Positions 62,831-64,000 of a DNA stretch of 64,000 bases are shown piece by piece. A model generated the notes under the pieces. It saw nothing but the letters and a program-made list of their open reading frames with translations. It had not been told where the DNA came from and made no database searches. The stretch is from Octopus bimaculoides. Taxonomy: Eukaryota. Each line of letters begins with the position of its first letter. Within the stretch, counting starts at the first letter, position 1. Where the stretch lies: positions 25,185,328 through 25,249,327 of the forward strand of contig NC_068991.1 of NCBI RefSeq assembly GCF_001194135.2. The letters run 5' to 3'. The translations under genes and the position numbers were made by a program.

Positions 62831-62989
62831 CCCTCCAGTCGATGGATTAATGTTAATATTAAGATGACTATTAGCTGTGTTACATGTTGTCCATTTAATT
62901 TTAATAGTAGTAGTCTGGTTAACAAAGTTGCTTTTGTGGGGAGTAACCTCTCTATGACTTTTGTGTGTACAAGGTATTTATTTACCGAT

Positions 62990-63285
62990 CGTTAAGAGTT
63001 CAAGCCTAATCGAGATCAACTTTGTTTTTCATCCTTCCGGGGATCAATCAAATAATGGCTTTGGTACAAGACCATCAATTTCGGAGGAGAGAGTAAGTTG
63101 ATTACTTCGATCCCAGTACTCAACTGGTGCTTATTTTCGACGTCGAAAGGTTGAAAGGTGAAGTGGACCTCGGAGGAATTTGAATTCAGAGCATGAAGAC
63201 GGATGAAATGCCGCTAAGCATTTCGTCCGGTGTGCTAACGATTCTGCCAGCTCGCCGCCTTAGGATCAATCAAATAATACCAGTT
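62990..63285. mobile_element. Family C SINE (minus, 63057-63262) nested antisense within another family C copy
   Basis: 16-bp TSD GGATCAATCAAATAAT at 63041-63056 and 63263-63278; the host core resumes after the second copy. Confidence 0.85.
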
Positions 63286-64000
63286 AATTCTTACGGAAAG
63301 AAGAGATGAATATGCAGAGTCGTTCGAGTAATAGACAAGATGTCTTGTTGTATTGTATTATGAACCTCGATGCTCTGAGTTCAAAATACGCCGAAGTTGA
63401 CTTCACATTTTATCCTTCCGTTGCTGATAAAATAAAGTAACAATAGAATAACCGGGCACAAGCTAATCGATTTTATCTGTTCACCAAAATATGTGACCTT
63501 GTCCCAATGTCAGAAATGATAGTAAAAGAAAAGCGAAACAAGAAAAAAACGCAAAATAATCTCTACCAACACGCATATACACACATATACTCAGATACGC
63601 ATGCGCGTGAGCACACAGTCCCCTGCATTCATGTCGGTTTTCATTGATATTAATGTCAGTTTTATAAAGTACCTTTTCCTATAGTCAAAAATAATAATTA
63701 ATGGAGTTTTGCATCTTTTTCATGAATTGCACTTCGCGTTGTCAATGTGATGAAGCTGAAGAAACTTGAAGAAAATAAAAAATAAAATTACGAATAGAAA
63801 TTGAATTGCACAAAATTAGTGTGAAAATAATTGATATGTTTTTCTTCTTCTTCTCGAACCTATTTGCATAAGTCATCATACCTAAATTGATTAACTGTTT
63901 ATTTCTGTACTTAATTATCTCATGTATTAATTAGTATAGAGTAACAGTCAGTTGTGTTGATAGAGTTATAGCGGGCTATCGCATGTGTAACCGTGGTTCG

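Larger units (their letters stand above)
1..64000. other. Dense (TA)n, (CA)n, (TACA)n, (GATA)n, (GA)n and (AAT)n microsatellites; many N-gaps, most flanked by simple repeats
   Basis: Visible throughout; these explain most ORFs in the supplied track. Confidence 0.95.

Overview
AT-rich, repeat-dense eukaryotic genomic DNA with many N-gaps and microsatellites. I infer a coleoid cephalopod, most likely Octopus, from the tRNA-derived SINE families and repeat density. Only one intact protein-coding gene is supportable: a single-coding-exon class A neuropeptide GPCR of the vasopressin/CCAP-NPS/GnRH/achatin receptor clade on the minus strand (ATG 9031 to stop 7613, 472 aa). The rest is mobile DNA: several modular tRNA-headed SINE families (my working labels A-F), a full-length but decayed hAT-Buster transposon with intact TIRs and 8-bp TSD, a decayed Penelope-like element (RT plus GIY-YIG), mariner/Tc1/pogo derivatives and several MITE or fold-back structures. 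The most unusual signal is a short repeat (family E, three copies) joining a Pol III B-box/tRNA-like head to a minimal type I hammerhead-ribozyme motif; two copies sit head-to-head in a 680-bp palindrome. Nearly all other ORFs in the supplied track are artefacts of simple repeats or N-runs. No searches or folding were run; family assignments come from motif recognition and coordinates of decayed repeats are approximate.
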